Of a stretch of DNA of 64,000 nucleotides, positions 47,632-55,609 are shown piece by piece (within the stretch, counting starts at the first letter, position 1; every line of letters begins with the position of its first letter). This DNA is from Candidatus Campbellbacteria bacterium GW2011_OD1_34_28 (GTDB lineage: Bacteria; Patescibacteriota; Minisyncoccia; Phycocordibacterales; UBA12079), in contig CP011215.1 of the NCBI GenBank assembly GCA_001029775.1, forward strand, positions 187,187-251,186. Reading direction: 5' to 3'. The notes below the pieces were generated by a model that did not search any database, was not told the DNA's origin, and saw only the letters and a program-made list of their open reading frames with translations. The position numbers were made by a program, and so were the translations under genes.

Positions 47632-48906
47632 TTGGTTTATTTTATGACAAAAAAGATTTTAATAATATTGATAATAATATTGATACTCGCAGTTGTTGGA
47701 GTGTTTATTTTTTATTTTGCATTTTCAAAAAATAATCCAAATTCTGATCAATTTGATGGATCTCCGTTGGGATTTATTTTTGGTAATTTTGGTGGAGGAG
47801 GAAATAATTTAGATGAAGATGTAGACAATGGACCAGATATTACAATTGGAGAAGAAAAACCACTTTTGAGATTAAGAAAAATTTCTGAAACTCCAACCGC
47901 TGGTTTTGTTGTTTTCCAAAACGAAGACAAAGAAGTGACTGTCAGATATACAGAAAGATCAACGGGGCATATTTTTGAAGCAAGCACAGTTCGTCCAACA
48001 ATAAAAAGAATCTCAAATACAACTATTCCAAGGATTTATGAAGCGGTTTGGGTAAATAGTGAAGAATCTGTAATGAGATATTTAGATGAAGATAATAATA
48101 TAAAAAGTTTTTATGCAAAAATAATAAAAAATGATGCAGACAGCACAGAAGAAGGAAAAACAGAAGGTGTATTTTTGAGAGATAACATAAAAGATGTCTT
48201 TTTGTATGGAAAAAAGATCTTAAATATTTATAACGAAGCAGGATATTCTCAGTTTGTGATTTCCGATGTTGATGGAAGTAATTCTTTTGAAATATACGAA
48301 TACCCTCTTGAAGGATGGTTGATTCAGTCTCCAAAAACAGGAATGTTTGCTCTAACAATAAAGCCAACATATGATAATTTTGGATATTTGTATTTTTTGG
48401 ATATAAATTCAAAAGAAAAAACAAAAATTTTATCTAAAGTTGTTGGATTAACGACGCTGACAAGTGGTGATGCAAACAAGGTATTGTTTGCAGAAAAGAT
48501 AAAACTTTCTTCTTATGATGTTGATAATAAAGAAACAAAAAAGATGGATGTTGATACACTTCCTGAAAAATGCGCGTGGTTTAATGATTCTATAAGTGTT
48601 ATTTGTGGTATTCCAAAAAATACATTGGGTGGAAAGTATCCAGACGATTGGTATCAGGGGATATATTCGTTTTCTGACGATATTTATATATTGGATGTAG
48701 ATGGAGGATTTTCTGAGTTGATTATTTCACCAGAAGAATTTTCTGGAGAAAATATTGATCTAATAAAACCAATTTTTAGCTCGGATGAAAAGTTTTTGTT
48801 CTTTATAAACAAAAAAGATCAATCGTTATGGAGTTTGGAGATATCACCAGAAATTAAAATTAAAACAGAAAATATAGAGACAGCAACAACAACGAGTGAA
48901 AACTAA
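47632..48906 (+). CDS. N-terminally anchored extracytoplasmic hypothetical protein (last gene of the block).
   Basis: One N-terminal TM helix; no family recognised. Confidence 0.4.
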   Translation: MVYFMTKKILIILIIILILAVVGVFIFYFAFSKNNPNSDQFDGSPLGFIFGNFGGGGNNLDEDVDNGPDITIGEEKPLLRLRKISETPTAGFVVFQNEDKEVTVRYTERSTGHIFEASTVRPTIKRISNTTIPRIYEAVWVNSEESVMRYLDEDNNIKSFYAKIIKNDADSTEEGKTEGVFLRDNIKDVFLYGKKILNIYNEAGYSQFVISDVDGSNSFEIYEYPLEGWLIQSPKTGMFALTIKPTYDNFGYLYFLDINSKEKTKILSKVVGLTTLTSGDANKVLFAEKIKLSSYDVDNKETKKMDVDTLPEKCAWFNDSISVICGIPKNTLGGKYPDDWYQGIYSFSDDIYILDVDGGFSELIISPEEFSGENIDLIKPIFSSDEKFLFFINKKDQSLWSLEISPEIKIKTENIETATTTSEN

Positions 48907-48964
48907 AAAAATATTGAAACAAATTTAAAAACTAAAAAAAGCGGGTAATCCCGCTTTTTTTAAA

Positions 48965-49450
48965 TTAAAAACTATTTTTGTTTGATTTGTATTTGATACA
49001 AACTTTTCTAAATGCTCCCACTCCAGATGATTCTGTTTCTATGTTTTCTTGATCTGCCAATACAGAGTGCACGATCATTCTCTCAAAAGAAGACATTGGA
49101 TCCATCTCTACATCTCTTTTAAAGAAGACTGCTTTTTCTGCCATTTCCAAAGCTTTATTTTTTATCTTTTCTATATTTTTTGTTTGATAGTCATTTACAT
49201 CAATAAAAAAGTTTATATTTTTTATATCTTCGTCTTTTCCTCCTTTGACAATTTGTTTAACGAGATAGTTGAGAGCTTTTATATTGTTTCCTTCATTTCC
49301 AATCAAGATGCCAGAGTCAGAAGATTTTACTGCAAATCTAAAATTATCATTTCCATCGTCGCAAATTGTAACATTTTCAAAATTAACAGTAAGCCTGCTT
49401 AACATTTCCTCGATAATTTTCTTTATTTTGTTATTTGCTTCGTTTTCCAT
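48965..49450 (-). CDS. jag: Jag/SpoIIIJ-associated KH + R3H domain RNA-binding protein.
   Basis: Conserved position downstream of yidC; KH-like GILIGNEGNNIKALNYL and C-terminal R3H-like region. Confidence 0.7.
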   Translation of the reverse strand: MENEANNKIKKIIEEMLSRLTVNFENVTICDDGNDNFRFAVKSSDSGILIGNEGNNIKALNYLVKQIVKGGKDEDIKNINFFIDVNDYQTKNIEKIKNKALEMAEKAVFFKRDVEMDPMSSFERMIVHSVLADQENIETESSGVGAFRKVCIKYKSNKNSF

Positions 49451-49452
49451 AA

Positions 49453-50193
49453 TTATTTGTTTTCTGCTTTGACGGTTTTTCTAATATATAATTCTTGAAC
49501 TATCATAAACAGGTTGCTTGTTATCCAATATAATGCAACAGCGGAAATTAGTCCATAGGCAATAATAAAAATTATTACAGGCATTACATATTTCATTTGT
49601 AGTTGCATATTTTTAACCAAATCGTCTTTAAATGTATTTTGATCGGCTGGTTTGTCATTCTTTTTTTGTCCTGACATAACCAGTCTTATTTGGAAAAATT
49701 GAGAAATTCCAGCAAGCAAAGCCAAGATAAAGCTTTTTTGAGTTATATCAAAAAATCCTAAAAATGTGACATTATCAATATGTGCGGGTGCTTTTATGAA
49801 AGAATATAAAATATCAAAATTTACATCAGGCAGACCTCCTTTCAAGAAAACAAAATAAAGAGCAAATAGAATAGGGAGTTGGACCAAAATAAGAAAGAAA
49901 CTCGCAAAAGGATTTATTTTGTATTCTTTATACAAATCCATTATTTTTCTTGCTTGAGTTTCTTTATCTTTTTCGTATTTTTTTCTGATTTCATTTACAA
50001 GAGGGTCTATTTCCTTAACCTTTAATTGGGTTTTGATGGATTCTTTTGTAAGTGGAAAAACAATCAATTTTACTACGAGAGTTACTATAACTACCGCAAT
50101 TCCCAAATCCATCCAAGGAAAGAAAGACACTAAAAATACCAATCCATTATAAATTGGATTATAAAAAATTGTGTGAAATATATAAGAAAACAT
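49453..50193 (-). CDS. yidC: Membrane protein insertase YidC (short form).
   Basis: LILVQLPILFALYFVF and five-TM core; rpmH-rnpA-yidC-jag synteny. Confidence 0.85.
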   Translation of the reverse strand: MFSYIFHTIFYNPIYNGLVFLVSFFPWMDLGIAVVIVTLVVKLIVFPLTKESIKTQLKVKEIDPLVNEIRKKYEKDKETQARKIMDLYKEYKINPFASFFLILVQLPILFALYFVFLKGGLPDVNFDILYSFIKAPAHIDNVTFLGFFDITQKSFILALLAGISQFFQIRLVMSGQKKNDKPADQNTFKDDLVKNMQLQMKYVMPVIIFIIAYGLISAVALYWITSNLFMIVQELYIRKTVKAENK

Positions 50194-50228
50194 GAACCTA
50201 TTCTATATTAATAGGTTGTTAAAATCAA

Positions 50229-50558
50229 TCAAAAATATTTTTCGATGATATTTTGAATATCTTTTTCTGTTTCTTGAAAATTTATATTCTCACCTTCTTT
50301 TTTTAAAAAGAAAATAATAGAAACTCCGTCGGGAATATTTTCTAGAGAGTTTCTTATAATAGAGTAGACCCTTCTTTTTAAAAAGTGTCTTTTTATTGAT
50401 CCTTTGATTATTTTTTTAGATACAGCAAACGCAAATTTTTTTTCAGAATTGTCTGTCTTTAATATTTTTATATTAAAATAATTAGAATTTTTAGATGCAC
50501 CATTTTTAAAAACGATATCAAATTCTTCTTTGGTGAGTCTGTTTTTTTTATTTAACAT
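50229..50558 (-). CDS. rnpA: Ribonuclease P protein component.
   Basis: 109 aa basic protein immediately downstream of rpmH; RNR-like motif IKRHFLKRRV. Confidence 0.8.
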   Translation of the reverse strand: MLNKKNRLTKEEFDIVFKNGASKNSNYFNIKILKTDNSEKKFAFAVSKKIIKGSIKRHFLKRRVYSIIRNSLENIPDGVSIIFFLKKEGENINFQETEKDIQNIIEKYF

Positions 50559-50625
50559 AATTAAAGTATAAGGGATTTAAAAAGCGTTTGTCTATAGACA
50601 AACGCTTTTTTAAAATAAATTTATA

Positions 50626-50760
50626 TTAAACAGATAGCTTTGCTCTACCTTTTCTTCTTCTGTTAGCCAAAACCTTTTTGCCTCCGGGAGTAGATGTTCT
50701 AACCAAGAAACCATGGGTCTTTGCTCGTTTTCTTTTTTTAGGTTGGTATGTTTGTGACAT
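50626..50760 (-). CDS. rpmH: 50S ribosomal protein L34 (44 aa; not in the ORF track because it is under 60 aa).
   Basis: Manual translation gives [44 protein letters not shown], matching the L34 consensus. It is followed by the terminator hairpin at 50582-50612. Confidence 0.85.
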   Translation of the reverse strand: MSQTYQPKKRKRAKTHGFLVRTSTPGGKKVLANRRRKGRAKLSV

Positions 50761-50887
50761 AATGGAAAAGAATACTATATTGGGGATAAAAATGCAAATC
50801 TATACGGATACCACTTGTATTGAAAAAGAATTGTGGTGCTTGATGATTTTGTTTCTTTACATTAATGAAAATTTGGATTCTAATAAG

Positions 50888-50896
50888 TTATCCACA
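50888..50896 (+). promoter_or_regulatory. Perfect DnaA box TTATCCACA in the AT-rich rpmH-dnaA intergenic region (candidate oriC). A one-mismatch box, TGGGGATAA, lies at 50781-50789.
   Basis: 9-mer read directly, between divergent rpmH and dnaA. Confidence 0.5.
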
Positions 50897-50995
50897 CGTT
50901 AATAACATATTAACTAACTCATATCAAGTTTTATATTCCACAAATAGGAATATAATATGAAGTATCAATTTTTTATTCCTAAATAAATAAAAGCC

Positions 50996-52351
50996 ATGTA
51001 TATAACAACTCTCGAAGATAACAAGAAGATCTGGGAAAAAGTTTTGTCGGACGTTGAAATGAGTGTTTCCAAAGCAAATTTTAATACATGGTTTAAAGAC
51101 ACTGATATTATCAAATATGAAAACGGAACGATCTACTTGAGTGTACCAAACGAGTTTGTTAAAAATTGGCTTTCTGAAAAATATCACAAATTTATCCTCA
51201 AATCTCTTAGAGGAATCCAAGAAAACATTAGAAATGTTGATTACATCGTTGTTAGTGGTGCAAAAAAGAAAGAGTTGTCCATGTTAAAGCAATCTATGTC
51301 CATTAATAACGAACTTCCTCTTAATGATTTTTATATAAACAAAGACGACAATTTGAACCCAAAATATATTTTTGATTCTTTTGTTGTGGGTACCTTCAAT
51401 GAATTGGCTCACGCAGCATCTCAGGCAATTATCAAGAAGCAGGGAATTGTATATAATCCTCTTTTTGTATATGGAAATACCGGTTATGGAAAAACACACC
51501 TTATTCAGGCAATTGGAAACCATTTAAAAACATCCGATGATAAAAAAGTTTTTTATGTAACTTCCGAAAAATTTTCTGTTGATTGTGTTAATTCTATTCA
51601 GCAAAATAAATTGAATCAATTTAAAGAAAAATATAGAAAGTATGATGTCTTGATAATGGATGATATTCAATTTATTTCAAACAAGGAAAGATCTCAAGAA
51701 GAGCTATTTCATTTGTTTAATACTCTTTATGATGGAAACAAACAAATTATTTTTTCTTCAGATAAACATCCAAGTTATATTCCAGGATTGGCAGATAGAT
51801 TAAAATCAAGATTTAGCCAAGGAATGATTGTCGATGTTCAAGCACCGGATGCGGAATCTAGAATGGAGATATTGAGAAACAAGTCAAAAATGAACAATTT
51901 TTATTTGGCAGAAGATATCATCAATTTTATTGCAATATCCGTACAAGGCAATATTAGGGATTTAGAGGGTATTTTAAACTCGGTTATTTGCCAGACTCAG
52001 TTGAAGGGAAGAGACTTGAATATGTCAGAAATCAAGAATTTGTTGAAAAACAATGTAAAGCCAAAGAAAAATGTATCCGTTAAAGAAGTGGTAAAGATTA
52101 TTGCGAGCTTCTACAATCTAGAAGAAACTACTATTTACGAAAAGACAAGAAGAAAAGAAGTGGTAAAACCTCGTCAGGTTATCATGTATATTCTGAGAAA
52201 AGATTTCAATGTTTCTTATCCATCAATTGGAGAAAAATTGGGAGGGCGAGATCACACAACCGTTATTCACTCTTGCAAGAAAATAGAAGATGAGTTGAAA
52301 GATAATAATTTGTTGGAACAGGAGTTAGAACAGATTCGCTCAATGTTTTAG
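50996..52351 (+). CDS. dnaA: Chromosomal replication initiator protein DnaA.
   Basis: Walker A GNTGYGKTHL, Walker B LIMDDIQF, sensor/box VII motifs, C-terminal DNA-binding HTH (DHTTVIHSCKKI). Confidence 0.95.
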   Translation: MYITTLEDNKKIWEKVLSDVEMSVSKANFNTWFKDTDIIKYENGTIYLSVPNEFVKNWLSEKYHKFILKSLRGIQENIRNVDYIVVSGAKKKELSMLKQSMSINNELPLNDFYINKDDNLNPKYIFDSFVVGTFNELAHAASQAIIKKQGIVYNPLFVYGNTGYGKTHLIQAIGNHLKTSDDKKVFYVTSEKFSVDCVNSIQQNKLNQFKEKYRKYDVLIMDDIQFISNKERSQEELFHLFNTLYDGNKQIIFSSDKHPSYIPGLADRLKSRFSQGMIVDVQAPDAESRMEILRNKSKMNNFYLAEDIINFIAISVQGNIRDLEGILNSVICQTQLKGRDLNMSEIKNLLKNNVKPKKNVSVKEVVKIIASFYNLEETTIYEKTRRKEVVKPRQVIMYILRKDFNVSYPSIGEKLGGRDHTTVIHSCKKIEDELKDNNLLEQELEQIRSMF

Positions 52352-52374
52352 AAAGTTTTAAAATTAGCAAATTT

Positions 52375-52470
52375 CTTCGTCAATTTTATAAAAATAATTT
52401 TCGTCGTATCTGAAATACGCCTCAAATTATTTTTACAAAATTTCCTCGAACTTTATCTAATTTAAAAACT
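52375..52470 (+). repeat. Conserved hairpin element, copy B: CTTCGTCAAT ... stem AAAATAATTT / loop TCGTCGTATCTGAAATACGCCTCA / stem AATTATTTT, then TCCTCGAACTTTATCTAATTT.
   Basis: The loop is identical to copies A and C. The enclosing stem differs in sequence but stays complementary. Confidence 0.55.
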
Positions 52471-52502
52471 TTTAAATATTTAAATCTTTAAACTATAAAA
52501 AA

Positions 52503-53600
52503 ATGAAATTGGAATGTTCAAAAGAAAAATTGGTGAGAGCAATCTCAAAGGCCGAAAAAATAACTGGTAAAAATTTATCTTTACCTGTTTTGAGTTGTGT
52601 TTTGTTGGATGCAAACAACGGTAACCTAAAAATTTCTTCTACTAATTTAGATTTGGGAATAGAAATAAATGTTCCTGCTAGAGTAGACGAAGAAGGAATC
52701 ACAGCTGTTTCTGGATCTGTATTAGGCAGCCTTTTGTCGAGCGATTTTAAAAGTGAAAAAATAAAACTGGAAACAAAAAATGAAAATTTAAATGTTTTGT
52801 CAGATAGTTATTCAACAATAATAAAATCACAAAATAGTGAAGATTTTCCGACCATTCCTCGTTTAAAGAAAGACAAGGTGATCAACATCGAAAGTAAAAA
52901 ATTGGTTAAGGGATTAAAATCTGTTTGGTATAGTTCTTCAACATCAAATATCAAACCAGAATTATCTAGTATTTTGATCTGTTCAGAATCAAACACAATT
53001 GTTTTTGTTGCGACCGACTCTTTCAGATTGGCAGAAATGAAAATAGACTTCAATTTAGAGGATTTTGAACAAATATTGATACCTTTCAAAAACATACCTG
53101 AAATTTTGCGAGTATTTGATGATGTGGATGGAGATATAAAAATGTACATAACCGAAAATCAGATTGCTTTTGAATATGAAAACATTTATCTCACATCTCG
53201 TGTGATTGACGGAATTTTCCCAGATTATAAACAACTACTTCCAAAAGAATTCAAAACAGAAATTACTGTCTTAAAAGAAGATCTGGTTAATGTATTAAAA
53301 GTAAGTAACATTTTTTCTGACAAATTTAATAAAGTGAGTTTTAGCATCAGTCCCAAAGATAAAAAGTTTGAGATTAGAGCAGTAAATAGTGATGTAGGAG
53401 AGAATGTAAACAGGGTAGATGCTGTTTTGAAAGGGGATGACATCGAGATAAATTTTAATCAAAAATATATAATGGATTGTTTCCAGTCTATTACCACAGA
53501 CAGTTTGGTTTTAAAATTTAATGGTTTGAATAAACCGATGGTCATCAAGAGTGTGCCAGATACTCAGTTTACTTATCTTGTGATGCCAATGAATAAATAA
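52503..53600 (+). CDS. dnaN: DNA polymerase III beta sliding clamp.
   Basis: Three-domain 365 aa protein directly downstream of dnaA; N-terminal MKLECSKEKLVRAISKAEKITGKN matches the clamp consensus. Confidence 0.9.
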   Translation: MKLECSKEKLVRAISKAEKITGKNLSLPVLSCVLLDANNGNLKISSTNLDLGIEINVPARVDEEGITAVSGSVLGSLLSSDFKSEKIKLETKNENLNVLSDSYSTIIKSQNSEDFPTIPRLKKDKVINIESKKLVKGLKSVWYSSSTSNIKPELSSILICSESNTIVFVATDSFRLAEMKIDFNLEDFEQILIPFKNIPEILRVFDDVDGDIKMYITENQIAFEYENIYLTSRVIDGIFPDYKQLLPKEFKTEITVLKEDLVNVLKVSNIFSDKFNKVSFSISPKDKKFEIRAVNSDVGENVNRVDAVLKGDDIEINFNQKYIMDCFQSITTDSLVLKFNGLNKPMVIKSVPDTQFTYLVMPMNK

Positions 53601-53630
53601 ATTATTTAAATAATCCCAAATTTAGCGTAC

Positions 53631-53735
53631 TTCTTCGTCACAATTCGCAAAATTTTGTTCGTCGTATCTAAAATACGCCTCACAAAATTTTGCTCTTGTT
53701 CCTCGAATTACATCTAAATTTGAAATTATTTAAGA
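53631..53735 (+). repeat. Conserved hairpin element, copy C: CTTCTTCGTCACAA ... stem GCAAAATTTTG / loop TTCGTCGTATCTAAAATACGCCTCA / stem CAAAATTTTGC, then TCCTCGAATTACATCTAAATTT.
   Basis: Read directly; it shares the extended 3' block with copy B. Confidence 0.55.
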
Positions 53736-53802
53736 ATAAAAATCTGCGTCAGACTTTTAAATAATTTTAAAAATTTAAATCTTTAAAATTACAATTTAAA
53801 AA

Positions 53803-53833
53803 ATCCCAGTTCATGCTGGGATTTTTTGTTTTT
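53803..53833. terminator. Bidirectional terminator AAAAAATCCCAGTTCATGCTGGGATTTTTTG.
   Basis: 9-bp stem, 4-nt loop, flanking A-run and T-run. Confidence 0.6.
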
Positions 53834-53836
53834 AAA

Positions 53837-53989
53837 TTATCTGCATGCAGTGCAGGCGGTACAAGCACAGCAGGCGCTAATTTTGTCAAGATTTTTTGGT
53901 ATTACCTCGAGAGAATGTTTTTCAAAAGGTTTTGTAAAAGCTGAAAAAATTTCTATCCTTGGGTTAAAAATTTTCTTTTCTTTTTTCAC
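53837..53989 (-). CDS. Candidate small ORF (50 aa, GTG start, GGAGG 6 nt upstream) encoding a peptide with a Cys/Thr/Ala-rich C-terminus, ...DKISACCACTACTACR.
   Basis: Manual translation of the minus strand: VKKEKKIFNPRIEIFSAFTKPFEKHSLEVIPKNLDKISACCACTACTACR. The stop abuts the terminator 53803-53833. It is too short for the ORF track, and no modification enzymes are adjacent. Confidence 0.3.
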   Translation of the reverse strand: MKKEKKIFNPRIEIFSAFTKPFEKHSLEVIPKNLDKISACCACTACTACR

Positions 53990-54131
53990 AACACGCCTCC
54001 TATGTTTTATTGTGTAACATGAAATACCTTAAAAATCAAAAAAGATCAATATTTACATTTATTATAACAAAGTTATTTTTGGGCACAAACAATAAGTTTT
54101 ATTTTTTATGGTAATATTAAAATAAAGTTTT

Positions 54132-55520
54132 ATGAAATATATTATAGTTAAAAATATCAATAAGAATAATTTAAAGAATTTTTCTGTAAAAATACCACTC
54201 CAAAAATTGGTGGTTATTGTTGGTCCGAGCGGTAGTGGTAAATCAACATTGATTCACGAAGTTTTGTATAAAAATACGATTAAAAAAGAGTGGAATATTA
54301 AAAATTTACCAGAAAAAATTGATATTCTTGAACAAAAAGTTATTTTACCAAAGGATACTAAATTAAGTTTGGGAGAATTTAATTTAAATAAATTAAAAAC
54401 AAAACTTTCAAAGATACAAAAAAATGATTTATTTGTGGTTGATGAGCCGTGTGCAGGATTCTGTAAAAAAGAGAGAGAAAAAATTTTAAAAATGTTGCGT
54501 GAAAAAGTTGATGTAGGATATTCTATAATTGTTGTTGAACACAATAGGGAAATAATTGAAAATGCCGATTATGTTATAGAGCTTGGGCCTGGTGCGGGAC
54601 GTTACGGAGGAAAGTTGATTTTTGAGGGAGATAATAAAAAGTTTAAAAAATCAAAAACAATTACAGCTAAACATATTTTTTCAAAAAGAGAAAAAGAGTC
54701 AGTCCAAAAGGATTTTAGTAAAGAAAAAATAATAACAATTTCAAAAATAAAGAATGATTGTTTTAAAAATTATACTTTTAGTTTTCCTCTAAATAATATT
54801 GTATGTTTGACAGGTTGTTCAGGAGCCGGTAAATCAACTTTGCTAGATGTTGTATATAGAGCTTTGTTTAAAGGAAAAAATGCATGGAAAATAAGATTAA
54901 AAAGTGTAAATATTAATGGAAAGACAAATGTTCGCAGATCATTTATTGTGCCACAGTCTCCAATAGGCAATCACCCATCTAGTACTCTCGCGACTTATAC
55001 AAAAGTTTGGGATAATATCAGAACAATTTTTTCTGATCAAAAAACTTCAAAAAATTTAGGTTTAAAAAAATCAGATTTTGTTGTCTCAAAAAAGATTTTG
55101 GAAGGAAATGCTGATTTTTCAAAAGATGCTTTAAGAGTTTCTTTTCAGGGGAAAAACATTAAAGATGTTTTAAATTTAACTATTGATGAGGCGTTGGAAA
55201 TATTCAAGACGGATACTCTTATAGTAAGAAAACTTAAATTTTTAGAAGAGGTTGGTCTTGGATATTTGGTACTTGGACAAAAATCTGGATCGTTGAGTGG
55301 GGGAGAGGCACAAAGAGTAAGAGTGGCAAATATACTTTCAAAAAAATTAGGAGATAGGTCTGTATATGTTTTTGATACACCTTCTCGAGGTTTGCATCTT
55401 AAAGATATTCCTGTCTTGATTGATGTTTTTAAAAAAATTGTTAATAAAAATAATACTATTCTGATTGCGGATAACAGAGAAGAAATTTTTGATTATTGTG
55501 ATTATAAAATAGAAATTTAA
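54132..55520 (+). CDS. Soluble tandem-NBD ABC ATPase, UvrA-like architecture without zinc-finger or insertion domains.
   Basis: Walker A1 GPSGSGKST, Walker B1 LFVVDEP, Walker A2 GCSGAGKST, signature LSGGEAQRVRVANIL, Walker B2 VYVFDTPSRGLH. No TM segments. A UvrA-like N-terminus on a 462 aa protein. Confidence 0.5.
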   Translation: MKYIIVKNINKNNLKNFSVKIPLQKLVVIVGPSGSGKSTLIHEVLYKNTIKKEWNIKNLPEKIDILEQKVILPKDTKLSLGEFNLNKLKTKLSKIQKNDLFVVDEPCAGFCKKEREKILKMLREKVDVGYSIIVVEHNREIIENADYVIELGPGAGRYGGKLIFEGDNKKFKKSKTITAKHIFSKREKESVQKDFSKEKIITISKIKNDCFKNYTFSFPLNNIVCLTGCSGAGKSTLLDVVYRALFKGKNAWKIRLKSVNINGKTNVRRSFIVPQSPIGNHPSSTLATYTKVWDNIRTIFSDQKTSKNLGLKKSDFVVSKKILEGNADFSKDALRVSFQGKNIKDVLNLTIDEALEIFKTDTLIVRKLKFLEEVGLGYLVLGQKSGSLSGGEAQRVRVANILSKKLGDRSVYVFDTPSRGLHLKDIPVLIDVFKKIVNKNNTILIADNREEIFDYCDYKIEI

Positions 55521-55609
55521 AACAAAAAAACTCTCGGAATTTAATTCCGAGAGTTTTTGTTTTGTTTGAAAATTGAAAATTGGTAAATGAAAATTTTATT
55601 AATTTAAAA

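Noticed and set aside
53826-54017. Plus-strand ORF of 63 aa
   Set aside because: It overlaps the better-supported minus-strand small ORF (SD + GTG), and its product is a low-complexity read of the terminator and GC patch.
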